Source of the DNA: Escherichia coli
GTDB taxonomy: Bacteria; Pseudomonadota; Gammaproteobacteria; Enterobacterales; Enterobacteriaceae
Length of the DNA stretch: 64,000 nucleotides
Assembly: GCF_001677475.2 (NCBI RefSeq)
Contig: NZ_CP015229.1
Reading direction: 5' to 3' (one strand)
The notes beneath the pieces are model-generated. The model was not told the origin of the DNA. It saw nothing but the letters and a program-made list of their open reading frames with translations, and did no database searches. Of this stretch, positions 32,978 to 44,959 are shown piece by piece. The position numbers and the translations under genes were made by a program. How positions within the stretch are numbered: the stretch's first letter is position 1; each line of letters begins with the position of its first letter.

Positions 32978-34279
32978 TTACAGCATGAAGCTACCCAGCA
33001 CGAAGCCGAAGCAAACGGCCAGGGCAACACCCAGAGTACCCGGGATGAAGAACGGATGGTTGAAGACGAATTTACCGATACGGGTAGTACCCGTGTCATC
33101 CATCTGTACCGCAGCAACCAGCGTCGGGTAGGTCGGCAGAATGAACAGACCAGACACCGCAGCGAAAGAAGCAACAGCGGTCAGCGGTGAAACGTTCAGT
33201 GCCAGAGCCATCGGCATCAGTGCTTTTGCGGTTGCAGCCTGAGAGTACAGCAGAGCAGAAGCAAAGAAGAAGATGACGGCTAGCAGCCACGGATGACCCT
33301 GAATCACTTCACCAGCGGTATCTTTGATCCAGTCGATGTTGTTGGAAACGAAAGTATCGCCCAGCCACGCAACACCCAGGATACAAATACAGGCGCTCAT
33401 ACCTGCTTTGAAGGTGCTGGAGTTGAGGATGTTGTCGGTATCGACTTTACAGATAACGGTGGTCAGAGTTGCAACGCTGAGCATGATGATCAGGATTGCG
33501 TTGGTGGTGTTCATCAGCGGTTTTTCAACCAGACCCATGCTTGGGCTGTTGATGATTGCATAGATAACAACGCCAACTACGCCCAGCAGGAACAGCCAGA
33601 CGGACGTTTTTGCACCGGATTTGATTTCAATCTGCTTTTCACCGCGCAGTTCAACCAGACCCTCTTCCAGACGCTTGCGATAAATCGGATCGTCAGAGAG
33701 TTTGGAGTTGAACAGCATAGTGACCAGGAAGGACATCACCAGAACCGCCAGCAGGGTGGACGGGATGACCACGGAGAGCAGATGGAGGTAGCTGATGCCA
33801 TGACCTTCCATCACGGAAGACATGTAAACCACTGCCGCTGAGATTGGCGATGCGGTGATCGCAATCTGCGCGGATACCACTGCAGTAGACAGCGGACGGC
33901 AAGGTTTAACGCCTTGTTCCTTCGCAACTTCAGCGATAACTGGCAGTGTCGCCAGAGAGATGTTGCCAGTACCAGCAAAAATAGTCAGGAAATAGGTCAC
34001 GATCGGTGCGAGGATCGTGATGTATTTCGGGTTACGGCGCAGCAGCTTTTCTGTCTGATGAACCAGATAGTCCAGACCGCCAGCAACCTGCATGGCAGAA
34101 ATAGCGGCGATAACCGCCATGATAATGGAAATGACATCGAACGGGATGTTACCGGGTTTAACGCCAATAGCGGCAAGAACCAGCACCCCCAATCCGCCTG
34201 CAAAACCAATACCTATTCCCCCCAATCTGGCGCCCAAGAAGATCGCCAGCAAAACTATGATGAGTTCTACAACTAGCAT
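32978..34279 (-). CDS. dcuA: C4-dicarboxylate transporter DcuA, 433 aa
   Basis: Protein MLVVELIIVLLAIFLGARLGGIGIGFAGGLGVLV... recognised as DcuA. Confidence 0.95.
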   Translation of the reverse strand: MLVVELIIVLLAIFLGARLGGIGIGFAGGLGVLVLAAIGVKPGNIPFDVISIIMAVIAAISAMQVAGGLDYLVHQTEKLLRRNPKYITILAPIVTYFLTIFAGTGNISLATLPVIAEVAKEQGVKPCRPLSTAVVSAQIAITASPISAAVVYMSSVMEGHGISYLHLLSVVIPSTLLAVLVMSFLVTMLFNSKLSDDPIYRKRLEEGLVELRGEKQIEIKSGAKTSVWLFLLGVVGVVIYAIINSPSMGLVEKPLMNTTNAILIIMLSVATLTTVICKVDTDNILNSSTFKAGMSACICILGVAWLGDTFVSNNIDWIKDTAGEVIQGHPWLLAVIFFFASALLYSQAATAKALMPMALALNVSPLTAVASFAAVSGLFILPTYPTLVAAVQMDDTGTTRIGKFVFNHPFFIPGTLGVALAVCFGFVLGSFML

Positions 34280-34342
34280 ATTAGCCTTCCTTGTTTTTTA
34301 ACAAGTTGATATTGGATTGTTATTTTTAAGTTACTGCTCACA

Positions 34343-34378
34343 AGAAAAAAGGCACGTCATCTGACGTGCCTTCTTTAT
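34343..34378 (-). terminator. Rho-independent terminator downstream of aspA
   Basis: Hairpin GGCACGTCA-TCT-GACGTGCC (34351..34370) flanked by an A6 run upstream and a T-run downstream; on the minus strand the stem is followed by TTTTTT. Confidence 0.7.
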
Positions 34379-34396
34379 TTGTACTACCCTGTACGA

Positions 34397-35833
34397 TTAC
34401 TGTTCGCTTTCATCAGTATAGCGTTTTGCTTTGTAAGCCGGGTGCATCAGATTCTGTACGGAGAAAATATCGTCAAGTTCCGCTTCAGTCAACAGACCGC
34501 GTTCCAGAACGACTTCACGTACACTCTTACCGGTTTCGGCACAGATTTTACCCACGATGTCACCGTTGTGGTGACCGATGAACGGGTTCAAGTAAGTAAC
34601 GATACCGATAGAGTTGTAAACGTAACCTTCGCACACTTCTTTGTTAGCAGTGATGCCGTTAATGCATTTTTCCAGCAGGTTGTAGCAAGCGTTGGTCAGA
34701 ATGTGAACGGATTCGAACATGGCCTGGCCAATGACCGGCTCCATAACGTTCAACTGCAGCTGACCTGCTTCTGCTGCCATGGTAACAGTGGTGTCGTTAC
34801 CGATGACTTTGAAGCATACCTGGTTAACCACTTCCGGAACAACCGGGTTTACTTTAGCTGGCATGATGGAAGAGCCCGCCTGCAGCTCCGGCAGGTTGAT
34901 CTCGTTCAGGCCGGCACGTGGACCAGAAGAGAGCAAGCGCAGGTCGTTACAGATTTTGGACATCTTCACAGCCAGGCGTTTCAGCGCGCCGTGAACCATA
35001 ACATAAGCGCCGCAGTCAGAGGTCGCTTCGATCAGGTCTTCAGCCGGTACGCATGGGAAGCCAGTGACTTCAGCCAGTTTTTTCACTGCCAGCGGAGAGT
35101 ACTCTTTCGGCGTGTTCAGACCAGTACCGATTGCTGTTGCGCCAAGGTTAACTTCCAGCAGCAGTTCAGCGGTACGTTGGATATTTTTCACTTCTTCTTT
35201 CAGCAGGATGCTGAAAGCGCGGAATTCCTGACCGAGGGTCATCGGTACTGCGTCCTGCAGCTGGGTACGACCCATTTTCAGGATGTCCTGGAATTCGACA
35301 GCTTTACGTTCAAAGCCTTCACGCAGTTGGTTAATCGCATCTACCAGCTTAATCAGGGAAGAGTAAACTGCGATACGGAAACCGGTCGGGTAGGCGTCGT
35401 TAGTGGACTGACATTTGTTAACATGGTCGTTCGGGTTCAGGTACTGATATTCACCTTTCTGGTGACCCATCAGTTCCAGACCAATATTGGCCAGCACTTC
35501 GTTGGTGTTCATGTTTACGGAAGTACCTGCGCCGCCCTGGTAGACGTCTACCGGGAACTGATCCATGCATTTTCCGTTGTTCAGGACTTCATCACATGCG
35601 GCAATGATGGCATTCGCTACACTTTTAGGAATGGTTTGCAGCTCTTTGTTTGCCATAGCTGCGGCTTTTTTAACCATTACCATACCGCGAACAAATTCAG
35701 GAATATCACTGATTTTGTTGTTGCTGATATAGAAGTTTTCAATCGCTCTCAGAGTGTGAACACCATAGTAGGCATCAGCTGGAACTTCCCTGGTACCCAA
35801 CAGATCTTCTTCGATACGAATGTTGTTTGACAT
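34397..35833 (-). CDS. aspA: Aspartate ammonia-lyase AspA, 478 aa
   Basis: ORF 34397..35878 recognised as AspA; the recognised N-terminus [24 protein letters not shown] starts at ATG 35833..35831. Confidence 0.95.
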
Positions 35834-36169
35834 GTGAACCTTCTTTTTCAAGCTGCCAATGATTTGCTTTAAACACACAGAATATATGTGGTTTCGAATG
35901 TTTTTCGACCGACGATTATCCCCTGCATCGACCGAATACCCGAGATCATATGCTGCTTGAGGATTTCTACCGTAATCTGGATCACTTTAAGTGCCGGTTT
36001 TTACCCCTTAATTATTAATTTGTGAAATAGATCACCGCTTTGGGATTACTACCAAAAATAGTTGCGCAAACATCTTGAAATTTTGCTAATGACCACAATA
36101 TAAGCTGAACGCGATTCGCAACCCATTCAGGTAGCCGGGGTTAACCGGCTGCTATTACAGGAGAAACCT

Positions 36170-36646
36170 TTGCGCTGGTTACCTTTTATTGCCATTTTCC
36201 TTTATGTCTATATTGAGATTTCAATCTTTATTCAGGTTGCCCATGTATTGGGGGTATTGCTGACCCTCGTGCTGGTTATATTCACGTCAGTTATCGGTAT
36301 GTCACTGGTACGTAACCAGGGCTTTAAGAATTTCGTGCTGATGCAGCAAAAAATGGCGGCGGGTGAAAACCCTGCGGCGGAGATGATTAAAAGTGTTTCG
36401 CTGATCATTGCCGGTTTGCTGCTTTTATTACCGGGCTTTTTCACCGACTTCCTCGGTCTTCTGCTTTTATTGCCGCCGGTGCAAAAGCATCTGACAGTGA
36501 AGTTGATGCCACATTTGCGCTTTTCTCGCATGCCAGGCGGCGGTTTTAGCGCCGGGACCGGTGGCGGTAATACTTTTGATGGTGAGTACCAGCGAAAGGA
36601 TGATGACCGCGACCGCCTTGATCATAAAGACGATCGCCAGGATTAA
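36170..36646 (+). CDS. fxsA: Inner-membrane protein FxsA (suppressor of F exclusion of phage T7), 158 aa
   Basis: Protein MRWLPFIAIFLYVYIEISIFIQVAHVLGVLLTLVLVIF... recognised as FxsA; start codon is TTG with an AGGAG SD upstream. Confidence 0.88.
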   Translation: MRWLPFIAIFLYVYIEISIFIQVAHVLGVLLTLVLVIFTSVIGMSLVRNQGFKNFVLMQQKMAAGENPAAEMIKSVSLIIAGLLLLLPGFFTDFLGLLLLLPPVQKHLTVKLMPHLRFSRMPGGGFSAGTGGGNTFDGEYQRKDDDRDRLDHKDDRQD

Positions 36647-36651
36647 TGTCG

Positions 36652-36698
36652 AAACGCCGGATTATGTGGTTATGCCATTTTCCGGCGTTTTTCGTTTT
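36652..36698 (+). terminator. Putative fxsA terminator, lying inside the 3' end of convergent yjeH
   Basis: Stem AACGCCGGA...TCCGGCGTT (36653..36689) followed by TTTTCGTTTT. Confidence 0.55.
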
Positions 36699-37918
36699 GG
36701 CAGAAACAGCCATAACCCCGCCAGCATGATCAGCGCATAGAGACTTTTCCAGCCGACCATTGCCAGTAACAGAACGCATAACAGCCCGCCAACCACCGCC
36801 AGTAGTCGATAACGTCCTTGCAATAATTTACAGCCTGCCAGCATGCATAACAGATAAATCATAATAAAGATGCCATTGGCATAAATAATAAGAGCGTCCA
36901 GATTGATCTCTACAGCATGAATCACCAACGTGCTCACCACGCAGCAGCCGAGCACCGCATTGAGGGCATTATTCGGGATATGGCGAGAAGAGAGGCGTGC
37001 CAGGTAGTGGTCAGGATTATGTTGCGCCTGCGACCAGACCAGGCGGGCGAAGCTCTGTATATAAATGTTGAGACTGGCAAAGCAGGCCAGATAGCCAATC
37101 ACGCAGGCAATCCATAACGCTCCTACACCGAACAGTTGCACTACAATTTTTGGAAGCGATGCTGCTGCCGCCATTTGTTCACCATAGGCGTCGAAGTGTA
37201 AGACGACTACCGTACAGCCCCAGTAGACTAATCCTGCCAGCAGCAGACCAATCATCAAAGCACGAGGAAAATCACGCTCTGGATTTTTAAATTCCGAGGC
37301 AAGATGGGCAAATGCTTCCAGACCGACAAAGCACCAGAACATCACTGATAACGCAGCAAATAACCCGGTAAGTTCGATATTACCAGGTGCAGGGAAGGGG
37401 ATATTCGCAGGTTTGATATCGCCCGCACACCAGATAGCGACAATCAGCGCGACGATAAGTCCGGCAATAACGGTTTGTAGATTAGCACTGGAACTGGCAC
37501 CGCGAGTACCGATATACCACACCAGCGCCAGCGTACCGAGTTCTGCCAACAACAGTTGCCAGCTATGCCAGCCAAACATTGCCTGGCCGAATCCGGCAGC
37601 AATTTGTAGCGCGGCAGGCAAACCCACGGGAATGACCGATAAAAACAGCCAGCCGGTGACTCGCTCAAGCCGCGAACCAAACGCCATACCGACGAAGTGC
37701 GCGACACCGCCTGCGCTGGGATAGTGGCGACCCAGAATCGCAAACACAATCGCAATCGGGAACACTAAGATAATCAAAACGGGCCACGCCCACAGGCTGG
37801 TATTGCCTGCTACCTGTGCAGCTAACGCAGGAACGGCAAACACGCCGGTGCCTAATAATGACGTCGATAGCAGGCCGATACCCTGGGCCAGCCCCAATTC
37901 TTGTTTGAGTCCACTCAT
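36662..37918 (-). CDS. yjeH: L-methionine/branched-chain amino acid exporter YjeH, 418 aa
   Basis: ORF 36662..37978 recognised as YjeH; the recognised N-terminus MSGLKQELGLAQGIGLLSTSLLG starts at ATG 37918..37916. Confidence 0.9.
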   Translation of the reverse strand: MSGLKQELGLAQGIGLLSTSLLGTGVFAVPALAAQVAGNTSLWAWPVLIILVFPIAIVFAILGRHYPSAGGVAHFVGMAFGSRLERVTGWLFLSVIPVGLPAALQIAAGFGQAMFGWHSWQLLLAELGTLALVWYIGTRGASSSANLQTVIAGLIVALIVAIWCAGDIKPANIPFPAPGNIELTGLFAALSVMFWCFVGLEAFAHLASEFKNPERDFPRALMIGLLLAGLVYWGCTVVVLHFDAYGEQMAAAASLPKIVVQLFGVGALWIACVIGYLACFASLNIYIQSFARLVWSQAQHNPDHYLARLSSRHIPNNALNAVLGCCVVSTLVIHAVEINLDALIIYANGIFIMIYLLCMLAGCKLLQGRYRLLAVVGGLLCVLLLAMVGWKSLYALIMLAGLWLFLPKRKTPENGITT

Positions 37919-38082
37919 GGGTTGATGTCCGATTGCGCCCAAATATTGGGCAACTGCGCAGGATTTCGATGGTAGCACAATCAGATTCGCTTATGACGGT
38001 GATGAAGAAATTGCGATGAAATGTGAGGTGAATCAGGGTTTTCACCCGATTTTGTGCTGATCAGAATTTTTTTTCTTTTTCC

Positions 38083-38113
38083 CCCTTGAAGGGGCGAAGC
38101 CTCATCCCCATTT
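38083..38113 (+). promoter_or_regulatory. Sigma-32 (heat-shock) promoter of groES-groEL
   Basis: -35 CCCTTGAA (38083..38090) and -10 CCCCATTT (38106..38113) with a 15-bp spacer, matching the sigma-32 consensus TTGAAA-N13-15-CCCCATNT, about 80 nt upstream of groES. Confidence 0.75.
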
Positions 38114-38142
38114 CTCTGGTCACCAGCCGGGAAACCACGTAA

Positions 38143-38487
<345 letters not shown>

Positions 38488-38518
38488 TCCGCGCACGACA
38501 CTGAACATACGAATTTAA

Positions 38519-40177
<1,659 letters not shown>

Positions 40178-40204
40178 TTGCCCTGCACCTCGCAGAAATA
40201 AACA

Positions 40205-40240
40205 AACCCCCGGGCAGAAATGTCTGGGGGTTTTTCTTTT
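40205..40240 (+). terminator. Rho-independent terminator of groESL
   Basis: C5/G5 stem with internal CAG/CTG pairing (40207..40230) followed by TTTTTCTTTT. Confidence 0.6.
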
Positions 40241-40314
40241 GGTCATCTTTCTAGTATAAGATTCAGACACGGACGACGCGAGTGGCGTCCAGCTCATTGA
40301 TTATGGGGAATAAC

Positions 40315-40668
40315 ATGCACGTAAAATACTTAGCAGGGATTGTCGGTGCCGCGCTACTGATGGCGGGTTGTAGCTCCAGCAACGAATTGAGTGCTGCCGG
40401 TCAGAGTGTACGCATTGTGGACGAGCAGCCAGGCGCAGAGTGCCAGCTGATTGGTACTGCGACAGGTAAGCAAAGCAACTGGCTTTCCGGGCAACACGGT
40501 GAAGAAGGCGGTTCTATGCGCGGCGCTGCAAACGATCTGCGCAACCAGGCGGCTGCAATGGGCGGTAACGTGATTTATGGCATCAGCAGCCCGTCGCAGG
40601 GAATGTTGTCCAGTTTTGTCCCGACGGATAGCCAGATTATCGGCCAGGTATATAAGTGCCCGAACTGA
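40315..40668 (+). CDS. yjeI: Putative lipoprotein YjeI (DUF4156), 117 aa
   Basis: ORF 40282..40668; the recognised N-terminus MHVKYLAGIVGAALLMAGCSS (lipobox LMAGC) starts at ATG 40315, which has a GGGGAA SD. Confidence 0.85.
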   Translation: MHVKYLAGIVGAALLMAGCSSSNELSAAGQSVRIVDEQPGAECQLIGTATGKQSNWLSGQHGEEGGSMRGAANDLRNQAAAMGGNVIYGISSPSQGMLSSFVPTDSQIIGQVYKCPN

Positions 40669-40717
40669 TGTGATCCAGAGGCTGGATACTTCCAGCCTCG
40701 TCGTAAAACAGATGAGA

Positions 40718-41587
40718 TTATTTCGCCTGTGGTGCAGTTTTGCTGGTGGATTGAACACGTAAGTGATGCAGCGCGCGTAAGCATTGATCCTGGGTTAGCG
40801 GTTGGGCGTTATTTGCCGCTACGGTGCGAACATAGACCTGACATGGCACACCCGCGAGTTTTTTCAGTCGGGGGCTGAAATCAAGCATTCGGCGAGTGAT
40901 CGCCTCCACTTCTTTACCCGGCGTTGCTTCACGCGTTTTCACCACTGCGCCGCTAAATTGTTCTTTGCCACTTTCATCTTTAAAGCGGTAAAGCACCGCC
41001 AGATAATGGTTGAACAAGTTATGTTTCCATTCCGGTTGGGAATAGGTGTCATATTCCAGATTGCCATTGTCCTGGCAGTCAACATCGTATAACGGTAGGA
41101 AATCTAACAGTGAGGTAATACGTAATGCCAGTTCACGCATTTCCGCATTGTTAATTGCATGAATGATTGCTCGCGCCAGCATTTCAATCTGCAATTCATT
41201 GATGACTAACTCACATTTGCTACCGTCATGTAGCGTTAATACGAAGGTAAGATTTTCGCCCTGATTATCGGTAAGTTCCAGCGTGTTAACCCGACGATTA
41301 ATATCGGCATTTTTAAGCTCATCAACCAGAATTTCTGGGATATTTTCTGCCATTTTCTTAATGACTTTATCGCGAGCTTGCTCATACTGAAGGCGTGCAG
41401 CAGCATCCAGTTTATGCTTTTGATGCAGACGGCTTTCCAGCGCAATCAGAAGGTCGCGCAGTTCCATGACAGACAGAAAGAACAACGATTCTTTATTGCG
41501 AGGCTCTTTAATTTTCAGCGCCAGTGCAATGAAATTATTACTCTTGCGAATAACACCGGTATTAACACCCTTGATGCTTATGGCCAT
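40718..41587 (-). CDS. yjeJ: Uncharacterised protein YjeJ, 289 aa
   Basis: Protein MAISIKGVNTGVIRKSNNFIALALKIKEPRNKESLFFLSV... recognised as YjeJ; coding DNA is noticeably AT-rich relative to its neighbours. Confidence 0.85.
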   Translation of the reverse strand: MAISIKGVNTGVIRKSNNFIALALKIKEPRNKESLFFLSVMELRDLLIALESRLHQKHKLDAAARLQYEQARDKVIKKMAENIPEILVDELKNADINRRVNTLELTDNQGENLTFVLTLHDGSKCELVINELQIEMLARAIIHAINNAEMRELALRITSLLDFLPLYDVDCQDNGNLEYDTYSQPEWKHNLFNHYLAVLYRFKDESGKEQFSGAVVKTREATPGKEVEAITRRMLDFSPRLKKLAGVPCQVYVRTVAANNAQPLTQDQCLRALHHLRVQSTSKTAPQAK

Positions 41588-41821
41588 GTAGGTTCTCCCT
41601 AACCATTTCTCAATTAAATAATTAATTTTAATTTATAAGCCAGATAAATGGGCTTGGTAGTAATAGTTGTTAAAATAACATAAATAGCCGTGCTCACTCT
41701 ATATAAACAGAAAAGAAAGGTTAATTATTGGTGTTGGTTATATAAAAAGTAATAACAGCAATGTATATGAATAATTAAAGGTTATGCACCGTGCAAAGAT
41801 TAAACTTCCCTGTTTAATCAG

Positions 41822-42850
41822 TTACTGCTGGCGTAGCTGGAGATCCAGGGGCGTTTTGCTGGGTTCGCCGCCAATTTCTCGCGCCAGTTTAGGCACCAGA
41901 TATCCCGACACCAGTGTCAGCAACTCACGCATAATCTGCCGTGCTTCGTCATCACTCACCATAAAATGCGCCGCGCCCTGTACTTTATCGAGCACATGCA
42001 GGTAATACGGCATCACGCCCGCATCGAACAACGCATTACTCAGGTTTGCCAGCGTTTGCGCGTTATCGTTCACACCACGTAACAGAACGCTCTGGTTCAG
42101 CAAAGTAACGCCTACCCGGCGCAACTTAGCCATCGCCTGACGGAATGTTTCATCTACCTCATTGGCATGGTTGATGTGATTCACCAGCAAGATTTGCAGC
42201 GTAGAATGTGAAAAGCGTTCAACCAGCGCATCTGTGATGCGTGCCGGGATCACAATCGGCAGACGGCTGTGAATCCGCAGACGTTTGATATGCGGGATGG
42301 CTTCCAGTTGTGTGAGCAACCAGTCCAGCTCGTGATCTTTCGCCATCAGCGGATCGCCGCCGGAGAAAATCATCTCGTCCAGTTCCGGATGCGCAGCAAC
42401 ATACTCAAGTGCAGTTTGCCAGTTACGCTTGTTGCCCTGATTTTCGGCATAGGGGAAGTGGCGACGGAAGCAATAACGGCAATTTACCGCGCAGCCGCCT
42501 TTGACCAGCAAAAGCGCCCGGTTGTGGTATTTATGCAACAAACCAGGCACTACGCTGTGCTGTTCTTCCAGTGGGTCGGTGGAGAATCCGGGCGCGACGA
42601 CAAACTCATCTTGCGAGGTAATTACCTGACGCAAAAGCGGATCGTTCGGATTGCCTTTCTCCATGCGATCGATAAATGAGCGGGGCACACGCAGGGCAAA
42701 CAGCTTTTTGGCGCTGCGTCCGGCCAACAGTTTTTCGTCCGCGTCTATATTCAAAAGACGCAGAAGTTCATCAGGATCGGTCACAACATCGGCAAGTTGC
42801 GTTAACCAATCTTCTCTGGATGGGGTATTTAGGGTTACAATATGCGCCAT
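41822..42850 (-). CDS. epmB: EF-P beta-lysylation enzyme EpmB (lysine 2,3-aminomutase-like radical SAM), 342 aa
   Basis: Protein MAHIVTLNTPSREDWLTQLADVVTDPDELLRLLNID... with CxxxCxxC motif (CAVNCRYC); recognised as EpmB/YjeK. Confidence 0.92.
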   Translation of the reverse strand: MAHIVTLNTPSREDWLTQLADVVTDPDELLRLLNIDADEKLLAGRSAKKLFALRVPRSFIDRMEKGNPNDPLLRQVITSQDEFVVAPGFSTDPLEEQHSVVPGLLHKYHNRALLLVKGGCAVNCRYCFRRHFPYAENQGNKRNWQTALEYVAAHPELDEMIFSGGDPLMAKDHELDWLLTQLEAIPHIKRLRIHSRLPIVIPARITDALVERFSHSTLQILLVNHINHANEVDETFRQAMAKLRRVGVTLLNQSVLLRGVNDNAQTLANLSNALFDAGVMPYYLHVLDKVQGAAHFMVSDDEARQIMRELLTLVSGYLVPKLAREIGGEPSKTPLDLQLRQQ

Positions 42851-42891
42851 TTTGTGGCTTAGCTACCAATTAACAAATTTCAGAGGGCCTT

Positions 42892-43458
42892 ATGGCAACG
42901 TACTATAGCAACGATTTTCGTGCTGGTCTTAAAATCATGTTAGACGGCGAACCTTACGCGGTTGAAGCGAGTGAATTCGTAAAACCGGGTAAAGGCCAGG
43001 CATTTGCTCGCGTTAAACTGCGTCGTCTGCTGACCGGTACTCGCGTAGAAAAAACCTTCAAATCTACTGATTCCGCTGAAGGTGCTGATGTTGTCGATAT
43101 GAACCTGACTTACCTGTACAACGATGGTGAGTTCTGGCACTTCATGAACAACGAAACTTTCGAGCAGCTGTCTGCTGATGCAAAAGCAATTGGCGATAAC
43201 GCTAAATGGCTGCTGGATCAGGCAGAGTGTATCGTAACTCTGTGGAATGGTCAGCCGATCTCCGTTACTCCGCCGAACTTCGTTGAACTGGAAATCGTTG
43301 ATACCGATCCGGGCCTGAAAGGTGATACCGCAGGTACTGGCGGCAAACCGGCTACCCTGTCTACTGGCGCTGTGGTTAAAGTTCCGCTGTTCGTACAAAT
43401 CGGCGAAGTCATCAAAGTGGATACCCGCTCTGGTGAATACGTCTCTCGCGTGAAGTAA
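42892..43458 (+). CDS. efp: Translation elongation factor P, 188 aa
   Basis: Protein [46 protein letters not shown]... recognised as EF-P, including the modified-Lys loop PGKGQAF. Confidence 0.97.
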
Positions 43459-43466
43459 TGCGGTTG

Positions 43467-43490
43467 TGGTGCGGCCTGCAGGCTGCACCA
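43467..43490 (+). terminator. Hairpin downstream of efp (possible terminator)
   Basis: Stem TGGTGC...GCACCA enclosing the palindrome GCCTGCAGGC; weak T-tract. Confidence 0.4.
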
Positions 43491-43509
43491 TCACTTATTC
43501 AGGTCAGAG

Positions 43510-43635
43510 ATGATGAAACGCCTTATCGTTCTTGTTTTGCTTGCCAGCACGCTGCTCACGGGCTGTAACACCGCTCGCGGTTTCGGCGAAGACATCAAAC
43601 ATCTCGGCAACTCCATCTCTCGCGCTGCCAGCTAA
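43510..43635 (+). CDS. ecnA: Entericidin A small lipoprotein, 41 aa (absent from the ORF track)
   Basis: ATG 43510 to TAA 43633..43635 encodes [41 protein letters not shown] (signal peptide plus lipobox LTGC). Confidence 0.85.
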   Translation: MMKRLIVLVLLASTLLTGCNTARGFGEDIKHLGNSISRAAS

Positions 43636-43745
43636 TTTTTCTTCTCTTCCGAAAAATCATCAGATTTCCGTCATTTTTGGCGATGTTGTCTATTATTAAT
43701 TTGCTATAGGCAAACATAAATAACATTACCTAAAAGGAAGACGTT

Positions 43746-43892
43746 ATGGTGAAGAAGACAATTGCAGCGATCTTTTCTGTTCTGGTGCTTTCAACAGTAT
43801 TAACTGCCTGCAACACCACGCGTGGCGTTGGTGAAGACATTTCTGATGGCGGTAACGCGATTTCTGGTGCAGCAACGAAAGCGCAGCAATAA
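43746..43892 (+). CDS. ecnB: Entericidin B small lipoprotein, 48 aa (absent from the ORF track)
   Basis: ATG 43746 to TAA 43890..43892 encodes [48 protein letters not shown], paralogous to EcnA, with a GGAAG SD. Confidence 0.85.
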
Positions 43893-43900
43893 GCAATAAC

Positions 43901-43935
43901 GGTACGACAGCTGTGTCGTGCCGTTTGTTTTCTCT
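43901..43935 (+). terminator. Putative ecnB terminator
   Basis: Stem GGTACGAC...GTCGTGCC (43901..43922) followed by GTTTGTTTTCTCTG. Confidence 0.55.
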
Positions 43936-44004
43936 GCGATAGTCACAAAGGTAATAGTTGAAATTCCCCTGCCACCTGGCAAAATATCCGTTCAACCATC
44001 AGCT

Positions 44005-44049
44005 TTGCAGGACGACCTGCAAACGCGTCTTTTCACCGGGGACGGCCCC
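44005..44049 (+). promoter_or_regulatory. Candidate guanidine-II (mini-ykkC) riboswitch in the gdx 5' leader
   Basis: Two hairpins each closed by an ACGR tetraloop: TTGCAGG-ACGA-CCTGCAA (44005..44022) and GGGG-ACGG-CCCC (44038..44049), 15 nt apart, 19 nt upstream of the gdx ATG; this is the mini-ykkC architecture typically found upstream of SugE/Gdx-type exporters. Confidence 0.65.
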
Positions 44050-44067
44050 AATTCTCCGGAGCCTGAT

Positions 44068-44385
44068 ATGTCCTGGATTATCTTAGTTATTGCTGGTCTG
44101 CTGGAAGTGGTATGGGCCGTTGGCCTGAAATATACCCACGGCTTTAGTCGTTTGACGCCGAGTGTTATTACTGTGACGGCGATGATTGTCAGTATGGCGC
44201 TACTTGCCTGGGCGATGAAATCGTTACCAGTAGGGACGGCTTATGCCGTGTGGACGGGTATTGGCGCAGTCGGCGCGGCCATCACCGGCATTGTACTGCT
44301 CGGTGAGTCCGCTAACCCGATGCGCCTGGCGAGTCTGGCGTTAATCGTATTGGGGATTATTGGTCTGAAACTCAGCACTCATTAA
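44068..44385 (+). CDS. gdx: Guanidinium exporter Gdx (SugE; SMR family), 105 aa
   Basis: ORF 43918..44385 recognised as SugE/Gdx; the recognised N-terminus [25 protein letters not shown] starts at ATG 44068 with a GGAG SD. Confidence 0.92.
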   Translation: MSWIILVIAGLLEVVWAVGLKYTHGFSRLTPSVITVTAMIVSMALLAWAMKSLPVGTAYAVWTGIGAVGAAITGIVLLGESANPMRLASLALIVLGIIGLKLSTH

Positions 44386-44915
44386 CTACCGGGTTGCTGT
44401 ACCCAAATAAACTTACTGACATCAAACCCTTCCCGGGTCGCGACTGCCAGCATTTCCTGTTTCACTTCGTCAGAAATGGTTGGCGTGCGGGAGAGTATCC
44501 ACAGGTAGTCGCGGTCCGGACCGCAAACCAGCGCATGGCGGTATTCCCGATCGAGCGCAATAACGTTATAACCGCCATAGAAAGGACCAAAGAATGACAC
44601 TTTCAGCGCAGCGCGAGTTGGTGCGCCGGTAAAGTATGCTTTCCCTTCACTCTGTTGCCACATTTCTCTGTCAGGGTTATAGCCTTTATTAATGACATTC
44701 AGGCCGCCGTCATCCCGCAGGCTGTATGTTGCGGTGACTTTTTCCAGTCCACGTTCAAAGCGGTGATCAAAACGGGCAATCTCATACCAGGTACCGAGAT
44801 AGCGTTTAGCATCGAAATTATTCACTACGGTCACGCCACGGGGCGGCGTAGGAGAACTGCAGGCAACGACCAGAAATGCAGCTGTCGCTGCGGCAACGAG
44901 AGGGAGCAGGCGCAT
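44382..44915 (-). CDS. blc: Outer-membrane lipocalin Blc, 177 aa
   Basis: Protein [49 protein letters not shown]... recognised as Blc; convergent with gdx and overlapping it by 4 nt. Confidence 0.92.
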   Translation of the reverse strand: MRLLPLVAAATAAFLVVACSSPTPPRGVTVVNNFDAKRYLGTWYEIARFDHRFERGLEKVTATYSLRDDGGLNVINKGYNPDREMWQQSEGKAYFTGAPTRAALKVSFFGPFYGGYNVIALDREYRHALVCGPDRDYLWILSRTPTISDEVKQEMLAVATREGFDVSKFIWVQQPGS

Positions 44916-44959
44916 AAATGTTTCCTTACTGGTTTTTTTCTAAGTGTAGATGACAGCAA

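Noticed and set aside
40676-40700. Hairpin GAGGCTGG-N6-CCAGCCTC between convergent yjeI and yjeJ as a bidirectional terminator
   Set aside because: It is a good stem but has no adjacent T-tract on either strand, so a rho-independent terminator call is not supported. It may still assist termination.
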